A stretch of DNA of 64,000 nt, from the NCBI GenBank assembly GCA_951804945.1, contig OX638155.1:48546001-48610000 (forward strand). Direction: 5' to 3'. The notes under the pieces are model-generated. The model was given only the letters and a program-made list of their open reading frames with translations. It was not told the origin of the DNA and made no database searches. The translations under genes and the position numbers were made by a program. This DNA is from Podarcis cretensis (Eukaryota). This document shows positions 38,572 through 50,726 of the stretch, piece by piece (position 1 is the first letter of the stretch; every line of letters starts with the position of its first letter).

Positions 38572-39704
38572 GCAGTTCACTAGTTAAAGATTTTATTTGA
38601 TTAAACATACAACTTTTAATTCATTATTCAATCACTTTCAGATAAATCTGTTTCTTACCAAATCTTCTGTGTAGGTTTCCTTTTGAGGACACTAAGGTAA
38701 ATTTTGACAACATACCATTTAGCAGGCATTGCTTAAAAGAAAATGCCACCTAATATTTCCTTCCCATATTTTTTGTTTGTGTTTTGTAATAACACACTGA
38801 AGCTAAAAGAGCTTTTAAAATGTGCTCTTTAGCCCCAGCCCCACCAATTCAAATTTGCCCAATTAATCAACTAAAGCTTGATTAATCTACTAATTAAAGT
38901 GATTAACGTTTGCAACCCTAAGTATTTTATCATGCATCATTGCTTTCTGTTATGTCAGATAATTACCATATCATGGTATCTATTCATTGTTTACTATATC
39001 AGAATAGGATTGAAAGCTGAAGCCTGCATAGCCTGGGAATGTAGAGATGGCCAGTGGCAAAGTCTGGGGGATACATAACCAGGAACTCCAGCTCACCACC
39101 CCATATAATTCAACATAAACATACCCTTCAAGGGAAGCTTAGCTGAATACCACCTTTGATGCAATTCGCCAGGTACAGCTACATTCCAGTGGGACCCCTA
39201 GGGAGGATTCTGGTTAGACCCCACTGGAGGAAGATTTTGGAACCAAAGTGCCTGGTAGGTTGTACGCAAAGTTCAGATCTCAAGAAATGTGTATTATCTC
39301 TACCTGCACTCTACTTTAAAAGAACAAAAACTTGCACTCATGAGAACTGTACTGGTCAAAGCCTGCACTTTTATTTGCACTTAATCGAGATTACAGTAGG
39401 CTGTGCTGTACCTTTTTTTTTTTGCCTTCCCGTAGCTGTACTCACACATGTACAGCACAACAATTTTCTTCCTGCTAGGTAGAATAACAGAACTTGTCAG
39501 ATCAATATTGTTAAAACTATGTTCAGCATTCAGCAGCTTGACCATTGGCAATGTAAAAATGAACTCTATAGCACTCAAAGCAGCTGGTCAGTGCAGTGAC
39601 AGGTCAGATTCATTACCTGGTGGATTATCTGGTGCACTGTGGTTTTGTTTCTTTAAATTTTGAAGATTTGTGCATCACCTTTCAATCAATGGTTTAGTTA
39701 ATTG

Positions 39705-39923
39705 ATTACATTTATACCCAACCTTTTTTCTGAGGAGCTAAGTGGTGGCATACATGGCTTTTTGTTCTCCCCATTTTATCCTCACAACATTCTGTGAAAT
39801 AGGTTATACGGAGAGACAGTGAGTGGCCAGAGGTCACCCTGTGAACTTCATTGAAGGGGGACTAGAAGCTTGGTCTCCTAGTTGATAGTCCAGCACTCTA
39901 ACCACTACCCCACACTGGCTCTC
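39705..39923 (-). mobile_element. Squam3 SINE, near full length
   Basis: Minus strand begins gagagccagtgtggggtagtggttagagtgctggacta (MIR-type tRNA head), followed by CORE and tail. Confidence 0.85.
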
Positions 39924-41450
39924 AAAGCAATAGAGAGGGCTCAAAGTATTTTGCAGCTTGAAGTGAAGGAGAAGGTCTAAACCCCCTTACTCCATGCACA
40001 GAAGGACCTTAGCAGAAGCACTTAAATCTTATGACACTTCAAGGCTGTTGCTATCTGGGGGCTGGGATTCAATCCTGGCAAATTCAGATTGCAGAGTTAA
40101 AGTTGATTCAGTACTCTTGCGGAACAAAGCCGCTTCCGCAAAATGCTAGCCTTCTTGCAATAGGGAAAGTGACAGAAAAATATACACTGGAAAGTGTGGG
40201 ATAACACTCGCTTGGTGCGGCAGCATCTAACCTTCCCACAAACAAATCAGAATGAATCCTTAGTAAATAGCTGACATCATTAACTACCCTGCAAACTTTG
40301 TGCTAACAAATCAGGATAGATGCACAATAAACATGGCATCTGCAACTAGGAATGAGCAAATCTGCCAATCTCTGTTCTCTCCGCATCTCATTATCCAAAG
40401 TGTATGGAGGGCACCATGTTGGCAAAGATTGCATTACAATATGAGAGTGCCTAAACGGGGAAATAATCTGCAGATGAGCCCCAAGCAAAGATCAGATTCC
40501 ATCTGTTAGCTTCTTATTTTAAAGTTTTACTACCACTGAAAAGTAAAGCATTTTTCTATCACCATTCCCCCACCCCCCCACCATTTCCTAGGGCAACTAC
40601 ATGCCTCTTGTAACTCCAGGGCCTTTCGTGGATCTATCAATGATTGACACGAGGTGTAAACGATGGGAGAAATAAACGTGGCTGTCTTTGTGGAAGTTAT
40701 ATATCCTGCCATATCTTGCACTGCTGATTTCATTTTTGCTAAAAGCTGATACAAGGCAATTGTAGCACAGTAGGTAACAGCCTTCATCTTGGCACCAGCC
40801 ATCAGTATCAAATGTTTCTCTCTGCCCCTTGCTAGTCATACCACTTCGCTCATTCCAGAAGAATTACCCTCCCTCTTGCTAGGGTGCTACGCTGTTCCAT
40901 ATGGGCTACCTAACAAAGATCACAAAATGTACTGCTCAGCATTAAAACAGCAGTTCACTCTGCTATCGCCTGACCTTTGCAACCCCAATCAGAAATGAAG
41001 TGTTATGCTGTGAACAACACTGCTGGCTAAAAGCCATAGTACAGGTATTTTGTTCTTAGTTTCAAAAATCCTTCCTTAACTGTATGCCTCAGAGAAGAGA
41101 TGAGGGCAAAGTAGTTTTGCAATGGCTAAATACTCTTCCATTTCTTCACTAAAGAAGTCGGGGTGTAGGAAGCCTTATGGGGATTGGATCTAGGCAGATA
41201 GCAGGCAGAAAGTTGGCAACTGGAAGGCCAGATCCAATTAGACAGACCCTAGAATCTATCCACACTACCAGCAGTATCAGGCAATAGTATTACTGAGATG
41301 CTGGGTTCAGCGGGTACTTTGTGCATGCCCTGAAACACCTTGCCTCCTGGAGCTTTGCCATATAGGTGGCCAGGAGTGGCAACTTGAATAAAATACTGGA
41401 GTGGGTGGGTCAAGGTAAACTCCGCTCTGCATAATTGATCACCTGACCGG

Positions 41451-43439
41451 GTGCACCTACACCATTTGAGTGCAGCCCCCTCAAAAGCACAACTTCAGGC
41501 AATACCAATGAGACGGAAACATGGAAGGTGCCTAAAGAAGCCAGGGTGGCTATCTAAAGAACTTTTAACTGAGTTAAGATTAAAAAAGGATGTGTACAAA
41601 AAATGGAAAAGGGGGGAAACCACCAAAGAGGAATTCAAACAAATAGCCAGCACGTGTAGACACAAAGTCAGAAAAGCTAAAGCACAGAATGAACTCAGGC
41701 TTGCTAGAGAGGTTAAAAGCAACAAAAAAGGCTTTTATGGGTATGTTCGTAGCAAAAGGAAGAACAAAGAAACAGTGGGGTCACTCAGAGGAGAATATGG
41801 TGAAATGCAAACAGGGGACACAGAAAGGGCTGAACTCCTCAATGCCTTCTTTGCCTCAGTCTTCTCCGATAAAGAAAACAATGCCCGACCTGAAGAATTT
41901 GGAGCAAATGATTCAGCAGAGGAAACACAGCCCAGAATAACTAAGGAGATAGTACAAGAATACTTGGCTAGTTTAGATGTAATCAAGTCTCCAGGGCCAG
42001 ATGAACTGCATCCAAGAGTATTAAAAGAACTGGCAGATGTGATCTCAGAACCACTGGCAGTCATCTTTGAGAATTCCTGGAGAACAGGCGAAGTCCCGGC
42101 AGACTGGAGGAGGGCAAATGTTGTCCCTATTTTCAAAAAGGGGAAAAGAGAGGACCCAAATAATTACCGCCCAGTCAGTCTGACATCAATACCAGGGAAG
42201 ATTCTGGAGCAGATAATTAAGCAAACAGTCTGTGAGCACCTAGAAAGGAATGCTGTGATCACCAATAATCAGCATGGATTTCTGAAAAATAAGTCATGTC
42301 AGACTAACCTGATCTCGTTTTTTGACAGAATTACAAGCCTGGTAGATGAAGGGAACACAGTGGATGTAGCCTACCTTGATTTCAGCAAGGCATTTGACAA
42401 GGTGCCCCATGATATTCTTGTAAAGAAGCTGGTAAAATGTGGTCTTGACTATGCTACCACTCAGTGGATTTGTAACTGGCTGACTGACCGAATCCAAAGG
42501 GTGCTCATAAATGGTTCCTCTTCATCCTGGAGAAGAGTGACTAGTGGGGTGCCACAGGGTTCTGTCTTGGGCCCGGTCTTATTCAACATCTTTATCAACG
42601 ACTTGGATGATGGACTCAAGGGCATCCTGATCAAATTTGCAGATGACACCAAACTGGGAGGGGTGGCTAACACCCCAGAGGACAGGATCACACTTCAAAA
42701 CGACCTTGACAGATTAGAGAACTGGGCCAAAACAAACAAGATGAATTTTAACAGGGAGAAATGTAAAGTATTGCACGTGGGCAAAAAAAATGAGAGGCAC
42801 AAATACAAGATGAGTGACACCTGGCTTGAGAGCAGTACATGTGAAAAGGATCTAGGAGTCTTGGTTGACCACAAACTTGACATGAGCCAACAGTGTGACG
42901 CGGCAGCTAAAAAAGCCAATGCAATTCTGGGCTGCATCAATAGGAGTATAGCATCTAGATCAAGGGAAGTAATAGTGCCACTGTATTCTGCTCTGGTCAG
43001 ACCTCACCTGGAGTACTGTGTCCAGTTCTGGGCACCACAGTTCAAGAAGGACACGGACAAACTGGAACGTGTCCAGAGGAGGGCAACCAAAATGGTCAAA
43101 GGCCTGGAAACGATGCCTTATGAGGAACGGCTAAGGGAGCTGGACATGTTTAGCCTGGAGAAGAGGAGGTTAAGGGGTGATATGATAGCCATGTTCAAAT
43201 ATATAAAAGGATGTCACATAGAGGAGGGAGAAAGGTTGTTTTCTGCTGCTCCAGAGAAGCGGACACGGAGCAATGGTTCCAAACTACAAGAAAGAAGATT
43301 CCACCTAAACATTAGGAAGAACTTCCTGACAGTAAGAGCTGTTCAACAGTGGAATTTGCTGCCAAGGAGTGTGGTGGAGTCTCCTTCTTTGGAGGTCTTT
43401 AAGCAGAGGCTTGACAACCATATGTCAGGAGTGCTCTGA
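41451..43439 (+). CDS. CR1 ORF2 reverse transcriptase plus C-terminal domain (N-truncated, no endonuclease domain; first ~11 codons are from the flanking MITE)
   Basis: Motifs [63 protein letters not shown]. Confidence 0.93.
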   Translation: MHLHHLSAAPSKAQLQAIPMRRKHGRCLKKPGWLSKELLTELRLKKDVYKKWKRGETTKEEFKQIASTCRHKVRKAKAQNELRLAREVKSNKKGFYGYVRSKRKNKETVGSLRGEYGEMQTGDTERAELLNAFFASVFSDKENNARPEEFGANDSAEETQPRITKEIVQEYLASLDVIKSPGPDELHPRVLKELADVISEPLAVIFENSWRTGEVPADWRRANVVPIFKKGKREDPNNYRPVSLTSIPGKILEQIIKQTVCEHLERNAVITNNQHGFLKNKSCQTNLISFFDRITSLVDEGNTVDVAYLDFSKAFDKVPHDILVKKLVKCGLDYATTQWICNWLTDRIQRVLINGSSSSWRRVTSGVPQGSVLGPVLFNIFINDLDDGLKGILIKFADDTKLGGVANTPEDRITLQNDLDRLENWAKTNKMNFNREKCKVLHVGKKNERHKYKMSDTWLESSTCEKDLGVLVDHKLDMSQQCDAAAKKANAILGCINRSIASRSREVIVPLYSALVRPHLEYCVQFWAPQFKKDTDKLERVQRRATKMVKGLETMPYEERLRELDMFSLEKRRLRGDMIAMFKYIKGCHIEEGERLFSAAPEKRTRSNGSKLQERRFHLNIRKNFLTVRAVQQWNLLPRSVVESPSLEVFKQRLDNHMSGVL

Positions 43440-43518
43440 TGGTGTTTCCTGCTTGGCAGGGAGTTAGACCCGATGGCCCTTGTGGTCTCTTCCAACTCTA
43501 TGATTCTATGATTCTATG
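41483..43518 (+). mobile_element. CR1 LINE, 5'-truncated, young
   Basis: Uninterrupted ORF2 part, CR1 3' UTR and (ATTCTATG)n tail. Confidence 0.98.
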
Positions 43519-43728
43519 AAATAGCTCACATGAATATGGCTAGCAGTCTCTGGACTAGCACATGAAGTCTCGGTAAATACTCTGAGCCAGCACTCATCAT
43601 AAAAAATTACCAGGAATAGCAGAACAGCTTGGCCACCTATAAATGTTGAGCACCTGTGCACAGCATGAAAAGTCTGATCATCAAGATAGAATCAAAGAAT
43701 AAGAACCACTGACCAGGGTCATGTGCAG

Positions 43729-43917
43729 TACAGGCAACTCCCTGTTTCCATGGGGGTTGCGTTCTGGGTCAAAGCATGTGTTGGCAGAGCAGGCATAAGC
43801 TTGCCCTGCCCCGTTACACCCCATCCCACCCCACTCTTCCCTCTTCCAGGTTTAAAAGGACTCACATGTCAGTGGTCATACACCAATTGGACACACCTAA
43901 ACTCGTCGCTGTCTGTA
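43729..43917. mobile_element. Decayed Tc1/mariner-type MITE
   Basis: TA-flanked termini tacaggcaac / gctgtctgta. Confidence 0.45.
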
Positions 43918-44714
43918 CTCTAAAAAGAAAATGAATGACAGTAGGCTTCAGGGAGATGGGGAAATACTATTGATCTCCATTCAAACAATATGTAAGTAAT
44001 TAAAACTTATAAAGAAAATTTCCAAAATGGCAGTTTTTTTTAAAAAAATAAAGAAATCGTGCCACAGTTTCCTGCTTAGTGGGATCCCATGACCACATTT
44101 CATTCATAAAGCTCAAAGGATGTTTCTCCTTTTTGGATCTTTCATAAGGTGTTTACTAAAGAAATAGTGGCGTCAATATTGCCTCAGTTACATATATGTT
44201 ATCTTTCCTTTTCATCAGTTTTGGAAAGTATGAGTCAGATTCTTGGCATAACTGCTTGGTCTACCATAGTGAAACAGGAGCTTGTGGGCAAATCACCCAC
44301 CTCGTTATAGCATCCAGTGCTCATTTTGGTCAAAAGGAATTCCAACCACTGTCCCTATATGAAGAGTGGGTGGAATAAAGTAAACTTTATTGCATACAAA
44401 GGATATGCAACATGCCTAACAGTTCCTATGTATTATGATTCTAAATATATTATTGGAGGACTGAAGGGACCTTGGCCCCTAGGAGTTGGCTCCTTTGCAG
44501 GTGGCTGTGCAATGAGTATAGGTTTCTGCGAGCAGAGTTTGGGAATAAGTTTTACTTCAACTAACCATTTTCCTCTTCAGTAACGTTCAGGCAGTTCAAG
44601 CCACATAGTCCTTTTACTCTTTGATGTCATTTTATCACTGGTAAGAACAACAAGTATATTTTCTTTGAAGCTAAGTGGGACTCAATGGTTTTTATTTATT
44701 TATTATCATGAGTA

Positions 44715-44845
44715 CATTTATTTATATACCACCTTTTCCTCCAAAGAGCTCAAGGTGGTCACATGACTATCCAATTCCCTGTTTTATTATCACAACAACC
44801 CAGTAGGATAGGTTGAGAGACAGTGAATGACCTGAGTAACTGAGG
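44715..44845 (-). mobile_element. Squam3 SINE 3' part
   Basis: Homologous to 39705-39840. Confidence 0.7.
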
Positions 44846-46167
44846 TGTACAGAGTAACCTCCCACAACTCTGGAGAAATTATATCAAAATATAAATTCTC
44901 TCTGGTGTGTAACGTGATTAAGGGCATGAGAAAGCTTGGAAACAATATATGTATACTCAGTATTTGGAAACTAAGTAGGATGAGACACTCTATTAGCAGA
45001 GGCAGATAAGAGATAAATTCTAGAGTCTGATTATAGACCAATTCCAGAATGAAGTCTAAGGATGGAACGGAGAAAATCTGACATTGATTTGGGAAATCCA
45101 GGTGAATGTACCAGGGGCCACAGGGCCCTTTGACTACAGCTGTGATAGGAACAATCGGAGTGGGAAGAGCAGCCCCCATTTCACTTCTGCTTTTCTGTTT
45201 TCCACTACATTATTTATTACACACCCCTTATTTGTCAGAACCTTTTCAAACTTAATTACACAAAGCTCCTGTAGAAAATAATGAGTGCTAAAGTGAGGGA
45301 TACTTCTAGGCAAAACCACCATGAGTACCAGCTGCCCCTGTGCTAGTAATACAAAGTGACAACAATTAATAATCATTAATATTAAAATAATGCAATTAAC
45401 TTCAGTGTGGGAGACCCAGTTGATGCTGCAAGATAATGATGAACAAACACTGCTTATGGTTATTTATTCTTGACAGAGCACATACGCATGGAATCCTGCG
45501 CTCAGTTGCACATGCAGATATCCTAGCATTCTAAATGAGATGTGCTCATATGGAACTTGGGTGCTGGGATGCAGCCCAATGCTTGGTGTTTGAATGTGGC
45601 ACGGACCACTGCATGGCTGCAAATTTTACGGCACCTCTGCACATCCCAATGATTCACTTAACAGTGGGAATAGGGAGCTGGGGAAGGAAAGCAGGGTAGA
45701 AAGACAGAACTGTAAGCGTAGGCAAGATGGGAGCAGAAGATAACTGCCAGGGACCAGAAAAGGACATGGCAAGCCCCCGTCTTCTTCCATCCATTTTTTT
45801 TTTTGGGGGGGGGCACCAATACAGCTCCTTGCCAAGGGCACAGGGGACCCTACATCCGCTTCTGCATATATCGAGAATGTATCAACCACACTAACAATGA
45901 GGTCAGTGTTTTGCTTCTCTGCCAAGTGTCTTTGCTTGTCTGGGAGTTTTGAGTCAGATCAAGGCTGTATCATCTGAGGCATGTTTAAAGGCTATGGTTC
46001 ACAGACTCTGTATGTGCACTTCTCACCCACAAAGGTTGCTTTCCTGTTTGCTAATATCCAAATGCAAAAGCATCTAAACAGACATATGCAGGAGATGAAT
46101 ACCCATCCCACCCTGTCTCTGAAAGTTTATGTAGTGCAGATATTCTGCTACTTAACCTGGCCAAATA

Positions 46168-46409
46168 CAATGGTACCTCAGGTTACAGATGCTTCAGGTT
46201 ACAGATGCTTCAGGTTACAGACTCCTCTAACCCAGAAATAGTACCTCAGGTTAAGAACTTTGCTTCAGGATGAGAACAGAAAAAGCACAGCGGCGGTGTG
46301 GCGGCAGCAGGAGGCCCCATTAGCTAAAGTGGTGCTTCAGGTTAAGAACAGTTTCAGGTTAAGAACGGACCTCCAGAACGAATTAAGTTCTCAACCTGAA
46401 GTACCACTG
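46168..46409. mobile_element. Tigger-like MITE
   Basis: TIRs and TA duplication. Carries one extra tandem copy of caggttacagatgctt relative to the 50509 copy. Confidence 0.9.
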
Positions 46410-46949
46410 TATGTAAATTTAATAATTCCTACCAATATTAAAATATAAACCATATTCTTTTGTTTTATGATAAGAGAACAGCTACTGTGACTAGTGGAGT
46501 CCAGTACCTAGAGGCAAAAGGATACAATCTTAGTATATAGGCAATGGCCAAATCATTACTCCAAACTACATGCTAGGTAGAAAGAGAGTGGAATACTTTC
46601 TCCGTGTTGCCAGCCATTCTGAACCATGGAAGCAGCCTTCACAAATCACAAATATACTTGGTGCCTTTTCTGCAGTTTTTTTTAACTTGTTTAGATAAGT
46701 CTGTCATACCTGTGACATGTCCCTAGCCATAGCTCAGAAAAATTACTAGAAACCACATGGGTTGTCAAATAAATTGTGAACTGCCAGAGATTTGCTGGAT
46801 ATTTGACTATTTGAAGACTATTTGGAGAACTTTCACTATCAAAATTCTCAAAGGAGAATTCTGAAGAAAGTTTGGGGTGTATATGTTATGTGTGAATTCA
46901 TTTTAGCTGTTGCTTAAGTGAAGATGAGCTTTTGCACAAAATGGGAATG

Positions 46950-47085
46950 TGGGAATCTGCTGTATACAGACTTGATCAATCTATACTGTCTGCCAGTGAT
47001 CCTCCAGGGTTTCAGACAGGGCTCTCTTTTCCAGGCCTACCTAAAGATCCTTGGAATTAAACTTTCTGCATGTTACAGCCCTTCC
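46950..47085 (-). mobile_element. Squam2-like SINE remnant
   Basis: ctccagggtttcagacagggctctcttttccaggcctacct is a reverse-oriented body motif of this family. Confidence 0.5.
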
Positions 47086-47875
47086 TATAGAATTTGCATA
47101 TTTTTGTAAGATTTCCCACAGTGTTCGCATAAGCAGGGAGAGCGTGGTGACTTGGGGGGGGGGGTCAACCAGGGGAAATGGCAGAATGACAAAGGGTTAG
47201 ACAGACTCATGATGGAGATGGAACCATGTGGAGATATTTTCTGTCCTTGTGAGCTCAGTCTTATTAGAAAAGAATTGTGCTTTTGAAAAGCAAGTGAGGG
47301 ATTTTCTGTGCCTCCTCTCCGCCCCCATTAGCCTGCTTGAGCTAAGTAATCTACCATGTTTACCATTCTGTCTATAAATTAAATAAATTCTTTCCCTCCT
47401 GTTCACTTTTATATACACTGTGCAGCTGGGATACTTCTTCACTGGCTCTATTATGCATACGTTCGAGAAGTGCTGCCTATGGCACATGTGTTGCACAGAT
47501 GTTTGGGCTCTTAAGACATGAGGGGGCATGTACCTCAGCAAGCCTAGGAACCAGGAGAATGGAGAAGCCATCTTTCTTCCGTTCGCTCCCAGGGAACAGT
47601 AGAAAACAGAGCAGCATCAAATCAAAACCAACAACAGGCAAGGACCTGGAAATGGAAACGTGTGCAAGATCTGGCGGGCAGACGTGACAGACAGCTAGAC
47701 AGCACCGGCTGTGGTTTTGCCATAGAAAAGAAGCTCAGTAAATAATATTCATTCCCAACACTTCATCATGACCGTATCAGCTAAGCACGCAGTGGGTGGG
47801 GGGTAGGCAAAAAAAGAAGCAGCCCTAAAATAAATTTATCTTGCCGTTTTTGCTTTACTAGAGAATATGTAACAG

Positions 47876-47967
47876 TTGGCAGTGTAATACACTTTTTATT
47901 TTCATGAGTTATGGATGTGCATGGTCATCCCTAAAAAACTGAAATAAAAACTGTATTACACCGCCAA
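47876..47967. repeat. 92-nt hairpin (27-bp inverted repeat)
   Basis: ttggcagtgtaatacactttttatttt / gaaataaaaactgtattacaccgccaa, plus an inner ggatg/catcc stem. Confidence 0.85.
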
Positions 47968-48768
47968 GCCTCATATATTATATTTATACCATACCAGAGG
48001 AGGTGTCTGCAAAGCAACTATGGACATAAACTTTTATTTTATCTGTACTTCCTCGTGTTATTAGTATAGTTGTGGAAATAATAGGATTTACTGAAGGTTC
48101 TTACTCTTGGTAGTAGTATTGATATAATATAATACAGTAGGCGGTTCTATAAATAATATATTGATCTGCAGGCTGGATTGAACCATTCTCATGGAGTCAC
48201 ATGCCAAATAATTTAAATGATCAGGCACACTATGCCGAATGTTATGATCATAAGGCACCTTACAGAGCAATCTTTGACACAGTATTATTGTACTACCTGT
48301 GCTAACAAACAAATGAAATGCAATATTGTCTCCCAAATCTTGCACCAAGAAAATTATGCTACAGTCTTAGCATCCATATATATAAATATCAAGTTACTAG
48401 TCCTGAAGACTGCAAGATGATTGCAAGTCTGGTTCAGTACAAAAGTGACTGTAGATATGTTCTATTTAATTTACAGATTTGTTGGTTCAGTCTTTGTGGC
48501 ACTTTAATCTGTAAAGTCAATGTTTGCTGGCTCATTTTGTGGTGGGCTTCTATAACAGCTATAGAAGAACATTCACTTCCTGCCCCCGCGCCCTTTTAGT
48601 GCTGCCTTAAAGAATTGTATTCACCCAGCAGATACAGAACTAAGGGGGGGGGGAAGCATTATTACTGATTCTTGCCCTTACACCACTGCCAAAATCAATT
48701 TTTAAAAATTATCTCAAAGTTGCTTTCAACTGAGTCTGGGCGTGCCTTTATGGCCAGAATATTATCCC

Positions 48769-49020
48769 NNNNNNNNNNNNNNNNNNNNNNNNNNNNNNNN
48801 NNNNNNNNNNNNNNNNNNNNNNNNNNNNNNNNNNNNNNNNNNNNNNNNNNNNNNNNNNNNNNNNNNNNNNNNNNNNNNNNNNNNNNNNNNNNNNNNNNNN
48901 NNNNNNNNNNNNNNNNNNNNNNNNNNNNNNNNNNNNNNNNNNNNNNNNNNNNNNNNNNNNNNNNNNNNNNNNNNNNNNNNNNNNNNNNNNNNNNNNNNNN
49001 NNNNNNNNNNNNNNNNNNNN
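48769..49020. other. Assembly gap (N run)
   Basis: 252 Ns. Confidence 1.
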
Positions 49021-49714
49021 TCAGTGGGTTTGGGGGATGCTTTTTTTGTAAGACTACTGACTTTCAAACTAGTTGAAATACAATTGCAAACTGTGAAAAG
49101 TTTTGCACATATTCATCATCATCGTTGTCACACATCCTTGAGTGTGCAACTTTAAGGAGTTCCACTTAAGAGTCCATTCCTAAGCTCATTTACTTGGAAA
49201 TGACATCTTCATTGACTTCAGTGGAATTTACTTCCAAGTAAATGTGTTTAAGATCATGGCTCACAAAATTATAGTCAGAAGCAGCCACATGGTATGATTC
49301 AGCTCAGCCTTCTGTGCAAATATCACCCTATCAATTGCCAAAACCTCTCAAAAAAATCAACCTTCGTGGCCTATACTATATGGTACTAAAGGCAGCAAGC
49401 AGATTGCAATATGGAGCAAATGTCTTTGGGAAGCCAATTATTACCTTCAAGGGAAAACATAGGCAAAGCACACTCAGGATGGCTTTCACAAGCTAGGCAG
49501 ATAAGCTACTTTTGCTGGTCTTGAGAATAGCTGTGATAGACTGCATACACAATATACTTTTAAAGCTATACATTTGAAGCACATTCCCCTGACCCTCAAG
49601 GAATTCTAGGTACTGTAGTTTCTTAAGGATGCTTGGGAATTGTAACTCTGACGGGTAAACCATGGTGCCCAGAATGCTTTGAGAGAAATGTGCTCTAAAG
49701 GAATAGTGTGTACA

Positions 49715-49850
49715 TAGCCCTCGTCTGTTCAGCAAAAACAACAACAGAAGAGTGAGGATGAGACTTCATTGCATCTGATGAAGTGGGTTCTGTCCCACAA
49801 AAACTTAAATTTGTTAGTTCTCAAGGTGCCATAGTGTTCCTTGTGGTTTT
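49715..49850 (+). mobile_element. Decayed Penelope terminal fragment with a degenerate hammerhead
   Basis: gcatCTGATGAagtgggttctgtcccacAAAAactta followed by tttgttagttctcaaggtgc, similar to the 4676 copy. Confidence 0.7.
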
Positions 49851-50180
49851 ATTCTGTGGCTTGTTTTAGTGTACCAGTTTCAGTGTCTTGTATTATTGGA
49901 CTGCTTTATTGTGGACTTGCATCTTCCTTGACCTCACGAAGAGACAACCTGTCCATTTAAAATAAAAATAATTAAAATACGTTTGGATCATATAAGGGAG
50001 CCAAACTACAAATTAGGAGGAAGGGTGAGGGACTCCTCCTTCCCCTACTTAAGTCTTTCCTGATGATGGATATGGTGACCACCAGTCTGTGTAAAACCCA
50101 CCCACATTGTCATATCGGCAAGAAACATTTGCACACCCTAACAGCCTGTCTCTAGTAGCAGTCCTGATGCTATAATGATG

Positions 50181-50324
50181 TCACAGAATCATAGAATTGT
50201 AGAGTTGGAAGGGATCTCAAGGATCATCTAGTCCAACTCCTTTCAATGCAGGAATCCTGCCCATAGCCATCCCTGGGTGGGCTCAAACCACCAACCATCT
50301 GGTTAACAGCAAGATACATTGACC
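50181..50324 (-). mobile_element. tRNA-Asn-derived SINE with a CR1 tail
   Basis: Minus strand gctgttaaccagatggttggtggtttgagcccacccaggga resembles tRNA-Asn(GTT). It is fused to a CR1 3' end ttccaactctacaattctatgattct. Confidence 0.8.
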
Positions 50325-50508
50325 CTAAGATCACCAAACTGAAACTAATCAAGGTTATGTGGCAGTGGCTTTTCGTGGATTCCTCCCTTGAGCAACCTGG
50401 TCCTATTAAGGCTGTTGAATCTGCACTTTATTCTCCACTATAGAATCTACTGTGTGCTGAGTTTCTTAATATAAAGACATTGAAGGCTGAAAAGTACAAC
50501 GGGTTATA

Positions 50509-50726
50509 CAGTGGTATCTCAGGTTACAGATGCTTCAGGTTACAGACTCCGCTAACCCAGAAATAGTACCTCAAGTTAAGAACTTTGCTTCAGGATGAGA
50601 ACAGAAATCGTGCAGCGGTGGCAGCGGGAGGCCCCATTAGCTAAAGTGGTGCTTCAGGTTAAGAACAGTTTCAGGTTAAGAACAGACCTTCAGAACGAAT
50701 TAAGTTCTTAACCCGAGGTACCACTG
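50509..50726. mobile_element. Tigger-like MITE
   Basis: TIRs and TA duplication. Confidence 0.9.

Larger units (their letters stand above)
41371..44497 (+). mobile_element. hAT-type MITE split into halves (41371-~41485 and ~44443-44497) by a 3-kb insertion
   Basis: TIRs caggagtggcaact / agttggctcctttg and 8-bp TSD taggtggc/caggtggc. The halves are colinear with the copies at 8876 and 16157. Confidence 0.75.

Noticed and set aside
41495-42940. Several minus-strand or alternate-frame ORFs
   Set aside because: Shadows of CR1 ORF2.
50255-50324. Functional tRNA-Asn gene
   Set aside because: The 5' acceptor and D arm are missing or mutated, and it is fused to a CR1 tail, so it is a SINE head.
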